Positions 45,227 through 54,549 of a stretch of 64,000 bases of DNA are shown here, piece after piece. The position numbers and the translations under genes are program-made. Source of the DNA: an uncultured virus (IMG/VR IMGVR_UViG_3300037294_000661) (Duplodnaviria > Heunggongvirae > Uroviricota > Caudoviricetes); IMG/VR virus record IMGVR_UViG_3300037294_000661; one strand, written 5' to 3'. How positions within the stretch are numbered: position 1 is the stretch's first letter; every line of letters starts with the position of its first letter. The notes beneath the pieces are model-generated. The model was not told where the DNA came from and ran no database searches. It saw only the letters and a list, made by a program, of their open reading frames with translations.

Positions 45227-46281
45227 GCCGATTCCACCCCAAACTCAGCCGCGTTGAAGGCGGCCTCCGTCCACTGCACGCTGCCGTTCGGATTGCGCTC
45301 GAACAGCGTGCTCTGCCACGCCAGTTGCTCCTGCAAGATGATGTCGGCGCTGGTGGCCGTCTGCGCGCCACTGACCACAAGGCCTTTGACCTTGCCCAGA
45401 CCCGCATCGGTCTTGCGCGCCAGCATGGTCAGTTGCACGCCGTAGATGGCGGGCGTGGCCATCACCGGCAAAGGCACCACGTCGAAGGACTGACGCAAAC
45501 CGGCGCTGGGCGCGCTGATGGCGGTGGACTCGTCCTCATCGCTGACGGTTTCCCACGCGGCTGTACCGACCGGGCTCGCCGTCCACTGATTCAAGCTGCC
45601 ATCGGCCTGCGCCTGCAAGACATCGACGCGCACGTCGCCAAGGAAGGTGTTGTTGATCGTGCCGGTCGTATCGGCGATGTAAAAGTCATCGACGTCGATG
45701 GTCAGCGGGCAACTCTGGCCGGGAACCGCGCCGATAAATGCGGTAAGCAGTTGGCCGCCACCTTGAATAGTGTTTTGCGCGGCCATCTGGATCGCCAGGA
45801 TGCCGTTGACGCGTACCGACAGCACACCGTTGCTGGTGCCTTGCGTGACCTGCAGTTCAACGTAGTGCCAGCCGCGTGCCGGGGCGGTGGCTACCGAGGT
45901 CGAGATCAATTGGTCGTAGCCGTACTGCCAGCGGTAGAGTTTCAGCCGCCCGTCCTCACCGATCTTGACGAGGTGGGCGACCTGCGAATTGGCATCGCGC
46001 ACACCGATCAGCAGCGGCTCGACACCCGTGTTCTGGAATGGCACCACGCGCACGGCTGCGCCCACGATCAGGCTGGTTTTGGTGGCATCGAGGTTCTTGA
46101 CGTAGCCGCCGCCCGATCCTTCCGGCAGACGCAGCGCGTAGGAGGACGGACGACGACCATTGATGCGGGTGGCCTGCGGCGAGAGATACGCCGCTTTGCC
46201 GCGTGCCAGCCACGGATCGCCAAAGGCGTCCACGGCTTGTGGGTCGTAGTGATCGAATCCGTCGATGAACAGTAATGCCAT
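45223..46281 (-). CDS. Virion protein (beta-rich)
   Basis: MALLFIDGFDHY..., WHYVE and FLGDVRV; directly after the tape measure gene. Confidence 0.7.
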   Translation of the reverse strand: MALLFIDGFDHYDPQAVDAFGDPWLARGKAAYLSPQATRINGRRPSSYALRLPEGSGGGYVKNLDATKTSLIVGAAVRVVPFQNTGVEPLLIGVRDANSQVAHLVKIGEDGRLKLYRWQYGYDQLISTSVATAPARGWHYVELQVTQGTSNGVLSVRVNGILAIQMAAQNTIQGGGQLLTAFIGAVPGQSCPLTIDVDDFYIADTTGTINNTFLGDVRVDVLQAQADGSLNQWTASPVGTAAWETVSDEDESTAISAPSAGLRQSFDVVPLPVMATPAIYGVQLTMLARKTDAGLGKVKGLVVSGAQTATSADIILQEQLAWQSTLFERNPNGSVQWTEAAFNAAEFGVESA

Positions 46282-46298
46282 GAGATTTCCCCTGAAAA

Positions 46299-49013
46299 CT
46301 AGCCCTGCAGCGCTGCGCGGATGGCCCGCGAATTGCGCCCGATGATGTTGACGATGACTTTTTCTCCGGCAGGCGACTGCAGGTGGTCGTGGGTGACGCC
46401 CGGATCGATGGCATTCACGATGCGCACCGATTGATTGACCTGCGGCTGTGCCAGTGGCACCCGCACTTCGGGCACCAAACCGCCTGCAGCGAAGGCCAGC
46501 TCACCACCCCGAAAACGTGGCCCAACCGACAGACCGTTGATCGAATCGAGGAAGGCCACGCCAACCTGGCGCACAGCAGCAGCACGCACAACGTACTCGC
46601 CCGCCGACAGGCGCGCCGGGATCGAATCGGATGTCGATGTGCCGGGGCCGGTGACCACGCCACCCACCAAGCCACCAGCGGCGAACTTGATTCCTCCCAT
46701 TAGCGCCGACACGGCAGCCACCATCGCCACCATTGCGGCAATGGCGAGCACCGGGCCTACATAGGGAATGGATGCCTGAGAGGCGGCGGCACCCGAACCT
46801 GCTTTGGCCGCATTCATCGATACCACGGTGGTGGTTTCGGCGGACTTCTGTGCGACCGTTGCCGCACCGGCGGCGGCGTCTGCGACTTGCTCTTGCTGGA
46901 TAAAGCCGAGCTTGAGCGCCAACATCCGGGCCTGCATGGCGATCCACTGCTGAAACGGCTGGATGACGATCTGCTGCAGGAAAGCATCGGCCACCTGCTG
47001 GAACAGGGTGGACATGGCACTACGCCATGTCTGCGCCCCGGTAATCATCCCGTTGAGAGCGCCGCCGAAGCTCTCGCCAATGCGGTTCCACAGCGGAGCC
47101 ATTTCATCCACTACCAGCTTGGTGCGCGCCAGTTCATTGCCCCACGCCTGCACGCGGATCACCGCATCCGGGCCGATGGCCTGCGCGGCCTGTTGCATCG
47201 TGGGAAGCAGGCGCTCCATCTCGGTGGCCGATTGCTGTTGCAGTGCCACGATTTGCGTTCTCGCCTGCGACTCGGTCAGCAGCCCGGCTTGTTGCTGGGT
47301 CTGGATCGCCTCCTGCGCATTGCGCATCCGCTCGGTGACCTGTCTCCACTGCGCTTCCAGCGCCGAGAGGTTGGCCTGCGCCGCTTTCACGTCGATCAGC
47401 CGGTCAACCAGCGAGACGCCTTGCGCGTCGTTCTCGGCCAGCAGTCGCGCCTTGAGGTCACGGTAGCTTCGTTCGATGGCGGCTTGGCGGTCGGCATCCG
47501 TGGCCGTGCTGGTGATCTGCGCCAGTTCTTCACGCGCCTGCGCCAGTGCATCCGTCAGTTCACGTTCGGCCTGAGCTGCCTTGCGGGCATTGGCCTGCTC
47601 AATGTCGGCTCGCCGGTTGTTGAGTGTGATCAGATCGGCTTCCGCCTTGGCCACCTCGGCCTTGGCGCGCAGACGGTCGTTCTCCGTCTTGCCGGTGGTG
47701 GTGATCTGCTGACTACGGGCCAGTTCGCTTTGCTTGCGCGCGATCTCGGCATCAATCTCGCGCTGCTCGATGGCCGTTTTTTGCGCGTAGTAACCGCGCG
47801 TTGAAATCAGCCGGTCTTCGAGGGCGGCATCCAGCGCAGTTTGCTGCCGTGTGAGGCCATCCTTGAGTAAGGTGAACTCGGCATCCAGCTGCGCCTTGAT
47901 CAGCGTGGTCTGGGCTGCTGTCGTATCTTGGTCAGGTTTGGACGTCTTGGGTTTGGTCAGCCGTTGCAGCAGTTCTGGATCAGCCTGAATTTTCGGAGCC
48001 TTGACCTCGATGGGTTTCGGATCAAAAAGGCTGTCGCGGAAGGACGCCAGTTCATCGAGCCGTTTGACCAGATTGCCTTTGAGATCGGCAATGATGGCCT
48101 TCGCTCCATCGGTATTGCCCTTGAGCGCTTCGACGGCGGCAGCGACACCCGCGCCAATGGCCTCGCCCAAAGCGACGAAGGCTTTGCCGACGGTGGCTGC
48201 GCCCAGCACCAGGATTTTGAGAACAAGCACCACGCCATCCAAAATCGTCCGCAGCGTACCGCCTTGCTTGGCCGACTCGACCATGCCACCGGCCATGCCG
48301 TTCAGTGCAGGCAGCAGTGAGGCGATGATCTGGTTGCCGATGCTCTTGGTGGCCTGATGCAGTTTGTCGAGGGCGTCGTTGAAGTTGCCCGCCTGCGCAG
48401 CCGTTTCGCTGCTCATCTGCACGCCGAGCGCCTGCATCTCGGCGGCGAGTTCGTTGATGCCGTCGCGCCCTTGGTTGAGGAACGGGATCAGTTCCGCACC
48501 AGACTTACCGAACAGTTGCACCGCCAGTGCAGTTTTTTCAGCGCCGTCAGGCATAGCCTTGAAGCGCTCGGCCAGATCAAGCAACACCTGATCGGTCGCA
48601 CGCAGCGTGCCGTCCTGGTTCTTGAATTCGACGCCCACAGCGGCGAAGTTGCGCGCTGCGTCCTCCGATCCGGTCGCCGCCTCCAGCATCGTGGTGGACA
48701 GCTTGCGTAACCCCTTCTCAAAGGACTCGCCGGACACGCCGGACTGCTCGGCCGCCGGTTTCCAGACCGACAAGGTTTCGACGCTGACGCCCACACGCTG
48801 CGACATCTCATCCAGCGCATCGCCGGTGTCGATAGCCGATTTCACCATCGCGGTCAGGCCCGCGACTGATACGGCCACGCCAAGATTGGCAAGGACACCA
48901 TTGATACCTTTGGCGGTGTCCGTCAGACCGCCCAAGCCGCGCTTGATCGAGTCGAAGGCGGTCTTGGTCTGGTCGACGGCACTGATCAGGATTTGCGCGC
49001 GGTTGTTTGCCAT
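46299..49013 (-). CDS. Tail tape measure protein
   Basis: Ala/Gln-rich helical 904 aa; C-terminal FAAGG..GPGTSTSDSIPARLS.GEYV. Confidence 0.95.
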   Translation of the reverse strand: MANNRAQILISAVDQTKTAFDSIKRGLGGLTDTAKGINGVLANLGVAVSVAGLTAMVKSAIDTGDALDEMSQRVGVSVETLSVWKPAAEQSGVSGESFEKGLRKLSTTMLEAATGSEDAARNFAAVGVEFKNQDGTLRATDQVLLDLAERFKAMPDGAEKTALAVQLFGKSGAELIPFLNQGRDGINELAAEMQALGVQMSSETAAQAGNFNDALDKLHQATKSIGNQIIASLLPALNGMAGGMVESAKQGGTLRTILDGVVLVLKILVLGAATVGKAFVALGEAIGAGVAAAVEALKGNTDGAKAIIADLKGNLVKRLDELASFRDSLFDPKPIEVKAPKIQADPELLQRLTKPKTSKPDQDTTAAQTTLIKAQLDAEFTLLKDGLTRQQTALDAALEDRLISTRGYYAQKTAIEQREIDAEIARKQSELARSQQITTTGKTENDRLRAKAEVAKAEADLITLNNRRADIEQANARKAAQAERELTDALAQAREELAQITSTATDADRQAAIERSYRDLKARLLAENDAQGVSLVDRLIDVKAAQANLSALEAQWRQVTERMRNAQEAIQTQQQAGLLTESQARTQIVALQQQSATEMERLLPTMQQAAQAIGPDAVIRVQAWGNELARTKLVVDEMAPLWNRIGESFGGALNGMITGAQTWRSAMSTLFQQVADAFLQQIVIQPFQQWIAMQARMLALKLGFIQQEQVADAAAGAATVAQKSAETTTVVSMNAAKAGSGAAASQASIPYVGPVLAIAAMVAMVAAVSALMGGIKFAAGGLVGGVVTGPGTSTSDSIPARLSAGEYVVRAAAVRQVGVAFLDSINGLSVGPRFRGGELAFAAGGLVPEVRVPLAQPQVNQSVRIVNAIDPGVTHDHLQSPAGEKVIVNIIGRNSRAIRAALQG

Positions 49014-49654
49014 CAGACTTTTTCCAGTTCTTTTTGAATCGCCTGCGCCAAGGCAGGCAAGGCGCGCTGTACGCCACCGACCAGATTCAGTCGGCGCTTG
49101 AGATCGACGCGCTTGACCAGCACGGCAATGGGAATCTCCTGGCCGCGTTTGATCTGCTTGGCACCGGTGCGCCCGCGCTCGGCACGTTTGAATCGCGTGA
49201 GTTGGGCCCCGTTTTCCTTGATGTTTTCAGCCATCAGCAGCACCCGTCCGTTTTTCTTGATGAAGTAGGCATTGCCCGAGCGCATCAGACTGTCGACGAT
49301 CTGCCGAAAGCGTTTTGGCCCGATCCGTCCGGGTAGCAACGGGATCAGCAAGTTGCCGGACACGCTGCCGCCTTTTTCATGCAGACCCAGCCAGGGAATC
49401 TTGCTGCCCACCAGCAACGCGGGCAGCTGATCCGGCTTCTTGTCGAACACCTTCACGCCCATGGACGAGACGAAGCTATTGCGCTTCACGGTGAAGGCGC
49501 TGCGCATTTCTGCGCGTGCGGCGTCGCGCACCTCGCGTCCGCCTGTTTGCATGCCTTTCGCCACGGCAGCGTGAATGGCGCGCCGCCGCTCGGCACTCCA
49601 CGCCGATAACTGGCGTGGGTCGAGCAAGCCGGTGGTGGTGAGGGTTAGTCGCAC
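49013..49654 (-). CDS. DUF6441-like basic phage protein
   Basis: Coupled to the tape measure gene; basic protein in the tail module. Confidence 0.7.
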   Translation of the reverse strand: MRLTLTTTGLLDPRQLSAWSAERRRAIHAAVAKGMQTGGREVRDAARAEMRSAFTVKRNSFVSSMGVKVFDKKPDQLPALLVGSKIPWLGLHEKGGSVSGNLLIPLLPGRIGPKRFRQIVDSLMRSGNAYFIKKNGRVLLMAENIKENGAQLTRFKRAERGRTGAKQIKRGQEIPIAVLVKRVDLKRRLNLVGGVQRALPALAQAIQKELEKV

Positions 49655-49657
49655 GTT

Positions 49658-49945
49658 TTAGTCCTTGAGCAGATCGCGTTGCAGTTGTTCAATGCCGCGC
49701 TTCTCCCCCTGCGAGGCCACGGCGACCACACCGACCAGTTGGGCGAGCTGCTGGCGCTCCAGTCGCCCATCGGCATCCAGAAAAGCTTGCGCCTGCGCCA
49801 GCGTGTAGCCCATCAGGTCACCGATGCGGTGACCTGCCCGGATCAGGCGGGCGACGGCGGCGTCCCATCCGATTTCGTCAGAGAGCGCAGCGTCGGTGCG
49901 AGCCGTTGGGCTGCGCCTTGAATCGCCGGGACGACGTGCGCCACG
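49658..49945 (-). CDS. -1 frameshift extension of the tail chaperone (gpT-like)
   Basis: The -1 frame is open from the slippery T TTT TTC (49945..49951) to TAA at 49658: ...WDAAVARLIRAGH...GYTLAQAQAFL. Confidence 0.7.
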   Translation of the reverse strand, partial: RGARRPGDSRRSPTARTDAALSDEIGWDAAVARLIRAGHRIGDLMGYTLAQAQAFLDADGRLERQQLAQLVGVVAVASQGEKRGIEQLQRDLLKD

Positions 49946-50247
49946 AAAAAATCCGCGTTCACCTCGAACACGGCGGCGGTCAGCAGCACGGCGTCCTCCA
50001 GCGACAGGTCACTGACCCATGCGCGCTCACGCCGCGTGGTGATCGCCAGCAGATCGAGTACGGATTCGCCGTGCCGCCCCAGCAGCGCGATCCAGTCAGG
50101 GTCGCCCACGAGCTCCTCGGCCATCGGCCGCACGACCGCCAGAAAACGTGGCAGTTCGCCCAGCCGGATCGGCGTCAGTTCCAGTGCGGTGCCCGCCAGC
50201 GTCACTACAACGGGCTCAGGCGGAAAGGTCTTGAAGCCGTCCATCAC
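49843..50247 (-). CDS. Tail assembly chaperone (gpG-like)
   Basis: Follows the tail tube gene; EVNADFF at the slippery site. Confidence 0.8.
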   Translation of the reverse strand: MMDGFKTFPPEPVVVTLAGTALELTPIRLGELPRFLAVVRPMAEELVGDPDWIALLGRHGESVLDLLAITTRRERAWVSDLSLEDAVLLTAAVFEVNADFFVAHVVPAIQGAAQRLAPTLRSLTKSDGTPPSPA

Positions 50248-50996
50248 AGCAGCACCAAGCGACCGAACTGACCAAGATCACCGCCGACCGGTTTGGACAG
50301 ATCGGCCAGCACCTGACCGGACAGCTCAAATTTCAGCAACTCGTCGGTGATGATCGATAGCTCCTTGGCAGGGTTGATGGCCACGCGGTAAAGATCGATC
50401 ACCACTTCACGGTTGCCATCGGCGGTGTTCAGACCCTCGAAGCGAATCCAGCGCTCGGGCAAGGGCTGGGTGAACATCGCAGTGACGTTGGCCGCGCCAT
50501 AGGCGTAGTCCAGGATGAATGGCTCGGTGTAGGGGCCGCCGCTGGTCGCATCCAGAATCACTACCGAGCCGTGTTTCGGGTTGACGTTGTACTGGGCGGT
50601 CGGCAGCGTCTTAGGCGTGGCATCCGAGTCCTGGATCTGCACAACAGATACGTTCTGAAAGGCCGTTGGATACAGGCTGCCGGGCGTCACCGGATTCGGC
50701 AGAATCTCGCCGGTCACCGTGCCGGGCGTCACCGTGGTCGTGGTGCCATACAGCGCCAGTTCCAGATTGATGGCGATCAGTTCCTCCAGCGTGCAGGCGA
50801 ATTCGCCTTTCTTGGTCTTGATGAGCTGCAGGTCGGTCAGGCGCTGACCTGACTGGGCCTCCTGGTGTTCGATGGTGTCCACCGACAGCGATACCTTGAG
50901 TTCGGGTACGTTGCCGACGAAGGTCAGCCCTGCAGGGTTGCCGTTGATGTCACGGCTGCCGACGAACACGCGGCCTTGTCCGGAAAAGTAAGCCAT
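50244..50996 (-). CDS. Major tail tube protein
   Basis: YFSGQGRV...VGNVPEL...RFEGLNTAD...FG. Confidence 0.85.
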   Translation of the reverse strand: MAYFSGQGRVFVGSRDINGNPAGLTFVGNVPELKVSLSVDTIEHQEAQSGQRLTDLQLIKTKKGEFACTLEELIAINLELALYGTTTTVTPGTVTGEILPNPVTPGSLYPTAFQNVSVVQIQDSDATPKTLPTAQYNVNPKHGSVVILDATSGGPYTEPFILDYAYGAANVTAMFTQPLPERWIRFEGLNTADGNREVVIDLYRVAINPAKELSIITDELLKFELSGQVLADLSKPVGGDLGQFGRLVLL

Positions 50997-50998
50997 GA

Positions 50999-51196
50999 TC
51001 AGTCTCCTTTAGTGAGTGGGGTGCCGGGAGTGGCGAGGTCGCGGCGGGCAGGCTTGGCTTCTGCTGCGCCTTCGACTTGTTTGGCGATGCCTTGCGCGAT
51101 CAGCCAGCGGGCGCTGGCCTCCGGCAGTTCAAGGCGATCACCCGCAATGCGGCGTTTGCCCGCGTGGGTGTGGGATTTCAGTAGTTCAATGGTCAT
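50999..51196 (-). CDS. Small phage protein
   Basis: IELLKSHTHAG....GDRLEL....ARWLIAQG. Confidence 0.7.
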   Translation of the reverse strand: MTIELLKSHTHAGKRRIAGDRLELPEASARWLIAQGIAKQVEGAAEAKPARRDLATPGTPLTKGD

Positions 51197-51200
51197 GGGT

Positions 51201-51626
51201 TCATCCTGCTTTGGTGAGATCAATGGCGTGGGTTCGGTAGCGGACTTCGTAGCGGGCGGGCAGCGCGATGGCCCCGGCATCGGCATTCTCGGCGTCCCAT
51301 TCGCAGTCGATCTCACGTACCGCAATGGCAAGTCCGCCAAGATTGGGATCGGCGAGCAGCGCGGCGTGGGCTACGACCAGCGTCCGATCTGCTTGATCGA
51401 AACCGTCGTCACCGCGAGCGACGACGGTCAAACGCAGGATCAGCATCCGGTCGACGAGGCTGTTGGCGTGCGCGGTGATGCTGTCGCCTTCGGCAAGCAT
51501 CAGGAGCGCCGGACTGGCTTCGCGCGTGACTGGCACGGTCGGATGCCGCAGCACCGGGACTGGCGCAACGGCAACCGACAGGCGTGCCAACACCTCCCGC
51601 AAGAGCCGCTCGCGGATTGAGTTCAT
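51201..51626 (-). CDS. Tail terminator / minor tail protein
   Basis: SIRERLL...ALLADPNLGGL; expected position. Confidence 0.7.
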   Translation of the reverse strand: MNSIRERLLREVLARLSVAVAPVPVLRHPTVPVTREASPALLMLAEGDSITAHANSLVDRMLILRLTVVARGDDGFDQADRTLVVAHAALLADPNLGGLAIAVREIDCEWDAENADAGAIALPARYEVRYRTHAIDLTKAG

Positions 51627-51637
51627 ACCGTGGGTTC

Positions 51638-51922
51638 CTAAAGCAGCGAGAGATCGGCGCGTCGCTCGGAGCCGTCACCGATTGCGCGCACGTCACGCAC
51701 CCGGTAGACAGCGCCGCCGATGGTCACTGTTTGGCCAGCCGCGAAGTCGGGCAGTCCGGATGACGGGAAGCGCATCGAGTAATCCGCAGAGCGTGCAAAA
51801 CCGTCGAGGACAGTTTCGTCAGGCGAGCGGAAGTCCACCGCGACGATATGGCCGCCAACTTCAGCCTCCACCAGCAGGCCCGCACTTGCAGCGGCTGCGT
51901 ACATATCCTCGACGCGCACCAT
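51638..51922 (-). CDS. Head-tail joining protein (FII-like)
   Basis: G.TVTIGG.VYRV......GDG; follows the capsid gene. Confidence 0.7.
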   Translation of the reverse strand: MVRVEDMYAAAASAGLLVEAEVGGHIVAVDFRSPDETVLDGFARSADYSMRFPSSGLPDFAAGQTVTIGGAVYRVRDVRAIGDGSERRADLSLL

Positions 51923-52923
51923 CAAACAGTGACCTTCACCAGCACCGCTGGACGATGGCACATCGGCAGCGGGTTGGATTGGGTGTGAATGTCGGTGCCA
52001 CGCTCGAACTTGCGCGGCTCCTGTTTGGCGTAGAGCGGTTGCCCCAGGGTATTGGCCGTCTCGTTGAAATCCGCAGGCGAGAAATAGGTGGCGAACGTGT
52101 CCACCGTGCCCAAGGGGAATGCGTGCCCCTCACCGGCTTCAATGAAGCGATGGACGTTGTCGTCGCCGTCGCTGGCTTCCCCGGCATATTCCTCGAAGGT
52201 AATACCCGCGAAGGTGAAGCCAGAACGCATATCAGAGCGCAGCGCGAAGCTGTCCTGCCAACGGTCGTAGGCGGCGACCACTTTCTCGTGGCTGGTGAAG
52301 GCGTCGAAGAATTCCTCGGAAACCAGACAGTGAACACCGTTCATTCGCTCGCCCTTGAGGTTCTTCTCGAGGTAGCGCTTGAGATCGAGGCACTTCTTTT
52401 TGATGTCCGTGGCGGCACTGCCAAGCTGGAAGTTGACCACTTTCGGCGTGATGTCGAACAGGTCAAAAAGGTTGTACAGCTCCGATCCGTCGGCATCGAG
52501 GATGATGCCTTTGAGCGCGCCCATGCGCAGGTGCTCCAGCGTAATGGCGTGCTTGTTGCGCATTGTTTGCAAGTGCTCGGCCATCACGGAAGCCACGGTC
52601 TGCAGTTCCGATTCCGAACCGAACGCCCGGATGCCCTGGACTTCTTCGGGCAGCACCACATCGTCGTGCGGGATGTGGGGGATGGCGAACGAGCGCAGCT
52701 TGCGCTTGCCACGTTTGCCCACCGTTCCGGGCGAGCCCACCGGCATCGTCGGCAGCAAGGTCAGGATGCCGTTTTTCTCTTCCACGACCACCGAGCGAAA
52801 GCGTACCGGCTTGGACGGGAACAGACCCATGCTGTCCATCAGACCGTAGTTGTTGGGCAGGATGTTGATGGCGGCGGTCAGCGCCGACATCGAGAACGCG
52901 GGATTTTCAAAGGGATTGTTCAT
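51922..52923 (-). CDS. Major capsid protein (lambda gpE family)
   Basis: FSMSALTAAIN, TLEHLRMGALKG and QSNPLPMCHRP. Confidence 0.95.
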   Translation of the reverse strand: MNNPFENPAFSMSALTAAINILPNNYGLMDSMGLFPSKPVRFRSVVVEEKNGILTLLPTMPVGSPGTVGKRGKRKLRSFAIPHIPHDDVVLPEEVQGIRAFGSESELQTVASVMAEHLQTMRNKHAITLEHLRMGALKGIILDADGSELYNLFDLFDITPKVVNFQLGSAATDIKKKCLDLKRYLEKNLKGERMNGVHCLVSEEFFDAFTSHEKVVAAYDRWQDSFALRSDMRSGFTFAGITFEEYAGEASDGDDNVHRFIEAGEGHAFPLGTVDTFATYFSPADFNETANTLGQPLYAKQEPRKFERGTDIHTQSNPLPMCHRPAVLVKVTV

Positions 52924-52925
52924 TT

Positions 52926-53303
52926 TCAGACTCCTTTACGAACGAGAACGCCGAGGCTCTTGAGTTGCAGAACGGCGGACTGCTTCTCGGCGAGCGTGAT
53001 GGCAACAGGCCAGACCAGCGCGTGGTCGGCAACGATGGCGTGACGCGCCACCATCAGTCCGTCCTCACGGTCGATGAGCGCCGCGTCACACGACTGCATC
53101 AACACCCCGGCGGCGTACTGGGTGCCATCAGTCGCAGAGGGATCGATCTGCTTGACCTTGCCGGTGGCAGTCACGATGGCGACCACCGCACCCAAGCGCA
53201 GCGTTTGGCCGGAGGCGACCGTGACTTGGTCGCGGGAATAGAGGTTCGGCGCTTCGTATTTCAAGAGGTCGCCGAGATTGAGTCCTTCGGTGATGGCGGT
53301 CAT
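52926..53303 (-). CDS. Head decoration protein (gpD-like)
   Basis: YSRDQVTVASG..L.LGAV...DGTQ.AAGVL; precedes the capsid gene. Confidence 0.85.
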   Translation of the reverse strand: MTAITEGLNLGDLLKYEAPNLYSRDQVTVASGQTLRLGAVVAIVTATGKVKQIDPSATDGTQYAAGVLMQSCDAALIDREDGLMVARHAIVADHALVWPVAITLAEKQSAVLQLKSLGVLVRKGV

Positions 53304-53304
53304 A

Positions 53305-54540
53305 TCAGTTCTCCTTGCCAGCACGGGCACGAGCGGCCATCACCAGCGGGTTTTCGTTGAGGGATTGGGGCGTGGAATGGGTCGCATCCGGCACGATCCG
53401 GCTGGTGATTTCCGGGCTGTCGGCGCGGGCGTGAAGCAGTTGGCTGCGCACCTTGGTCGGCATCGTGCGCGCTGCGAGGTAGGCAGCAGTGCGTTCAGGG
53501 CAACCGGCGAGCGCACACAGTTCGGCGACCTCCTGGGCGTCGTCGATGGTCATCAAAGGGGTGGGCGTCGCAGGATTAGCGCGATCAGGATCAGCGCCAC
53601 TCCCATCACCAACAGGGGTTCCGGGTTCATTCATGAAAGTCTCCAGTCTGAGTTGCGAAGAAATGCCCTGTGCGGCCGCAGACATCGGCAACACAAGACT
53701 TTGAGAAAGCGGGTTTTTAGAAAGTGATTGGGTGAACTCGGCCAGCACGTTGTCGAAGGTGCCGACCGCATCGGCCAGACCCGCAGCGACGGCATCGGCC
53801 CCGTAAAAAATGCTGGCTTCGGTAGCGCGCACGGCATCAGCCGAGACGCCGCGATTGCGGGCAACGGTCTCGACGAATAGGCCATAGACGCGCTCGACCT
53901 CGTTTTTGAGGAAGGCGTGCGCCTCATCGGAAATCGGTTCGTGCGGGTTGAGATCGTTCTTGCGTGCCCCGGCGAATACCGTTGTGTAGCGAACGCCATC
54001 TTTGGCATCCTTCACCGATTGGTCGGCGTGCATGGCAATGACACCGATAGAGCCCACACCGCCGGTGCGCGTGACGATGAAGCGACTGGCCGCCGAGCCG
54101 ATGGCATAGGCCGCAGAGAACGCCATATCGTTGGCCAGCGCCCAGACCGGCTTGCGCTTTGCAGCAGCCGCCACCCGGTCGGCCAAATCGAATACGCCGC
54201 CGGATTCACCTCCGGCGCTGTCAATGTCGAGCAGGATTGCGGCGACGTTCGGATCAGCGACCGCTGTATCCAGCATCGTCGCCAGCTCCTGGTAACTCGC
54301 CATTCCTGATTCGGCCTCAAGCCCGACAGTGCGGCGCACGAGCGTGCCGTAAATCGGAAGCACGGCAATGCCCGTTGCACCAGCCGGTGCAGAACGTGAC
54401 GGGATCGCATTGGCGGGCACGGCAGACTGAGCGAGTCCAATGCGCGGCCCGAGAACGGCAAGAATCACCTCAAGTTTCGGGCGATGGATCATCAGCGGCG
54501 CACCGAAGAGGCGCGCCGCCATATGTGGCAACAGGTTCAT
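53305..54540 (-). CDS. S49 prohead protease/scaffold (gpC/Nu3-like)
   Basis: LDIDSAGGE, AFSAAY, VGSIGV and VARNRG. Confidence 0.9.
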   Translation of the reverse strand: MNLLPHMAARLFGAPLMIHRPKLEVILAVLGPRIGLAQSAVPANAIPSRSAPAGATGIAVLPIYGTLVRRTVGLEAESGMASYQELATMLDTAVADPNVAAILLDIDSAGGESGGVFDLADRVAAAAKRKPVWALANDMAFSAAYAIGSAASRFIVTRTGGVGSIGVIAMHADQSVKDAKDGVRYTTVFAGARKNDLNPHEPISDEAHAFLKNEVERVYGLFVETVARNRGVSADAVRATEASIFYGADAVAAGLADAVGTFDNVLAEFTQSLSKNPLSQSLVLPMSAAAQGISSQLRLETFMNEPGTPVGDGSGADPDRANPATPTPLMTIDDAQEVAELCALAGCPERTAAYLAARTMPTKVRSQLLHARADSPEITSRIVPDATHSTPQSLNENPLVMAARARAGKEN

Positions 54541-54549
54541 GGGAATCTC

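Noticed and set aside
51463..53043. 526-aa plus-strand ORF
   Set aside because: Antisense shadow of the capsid and head genes in GC-rich DNA; no motifs.
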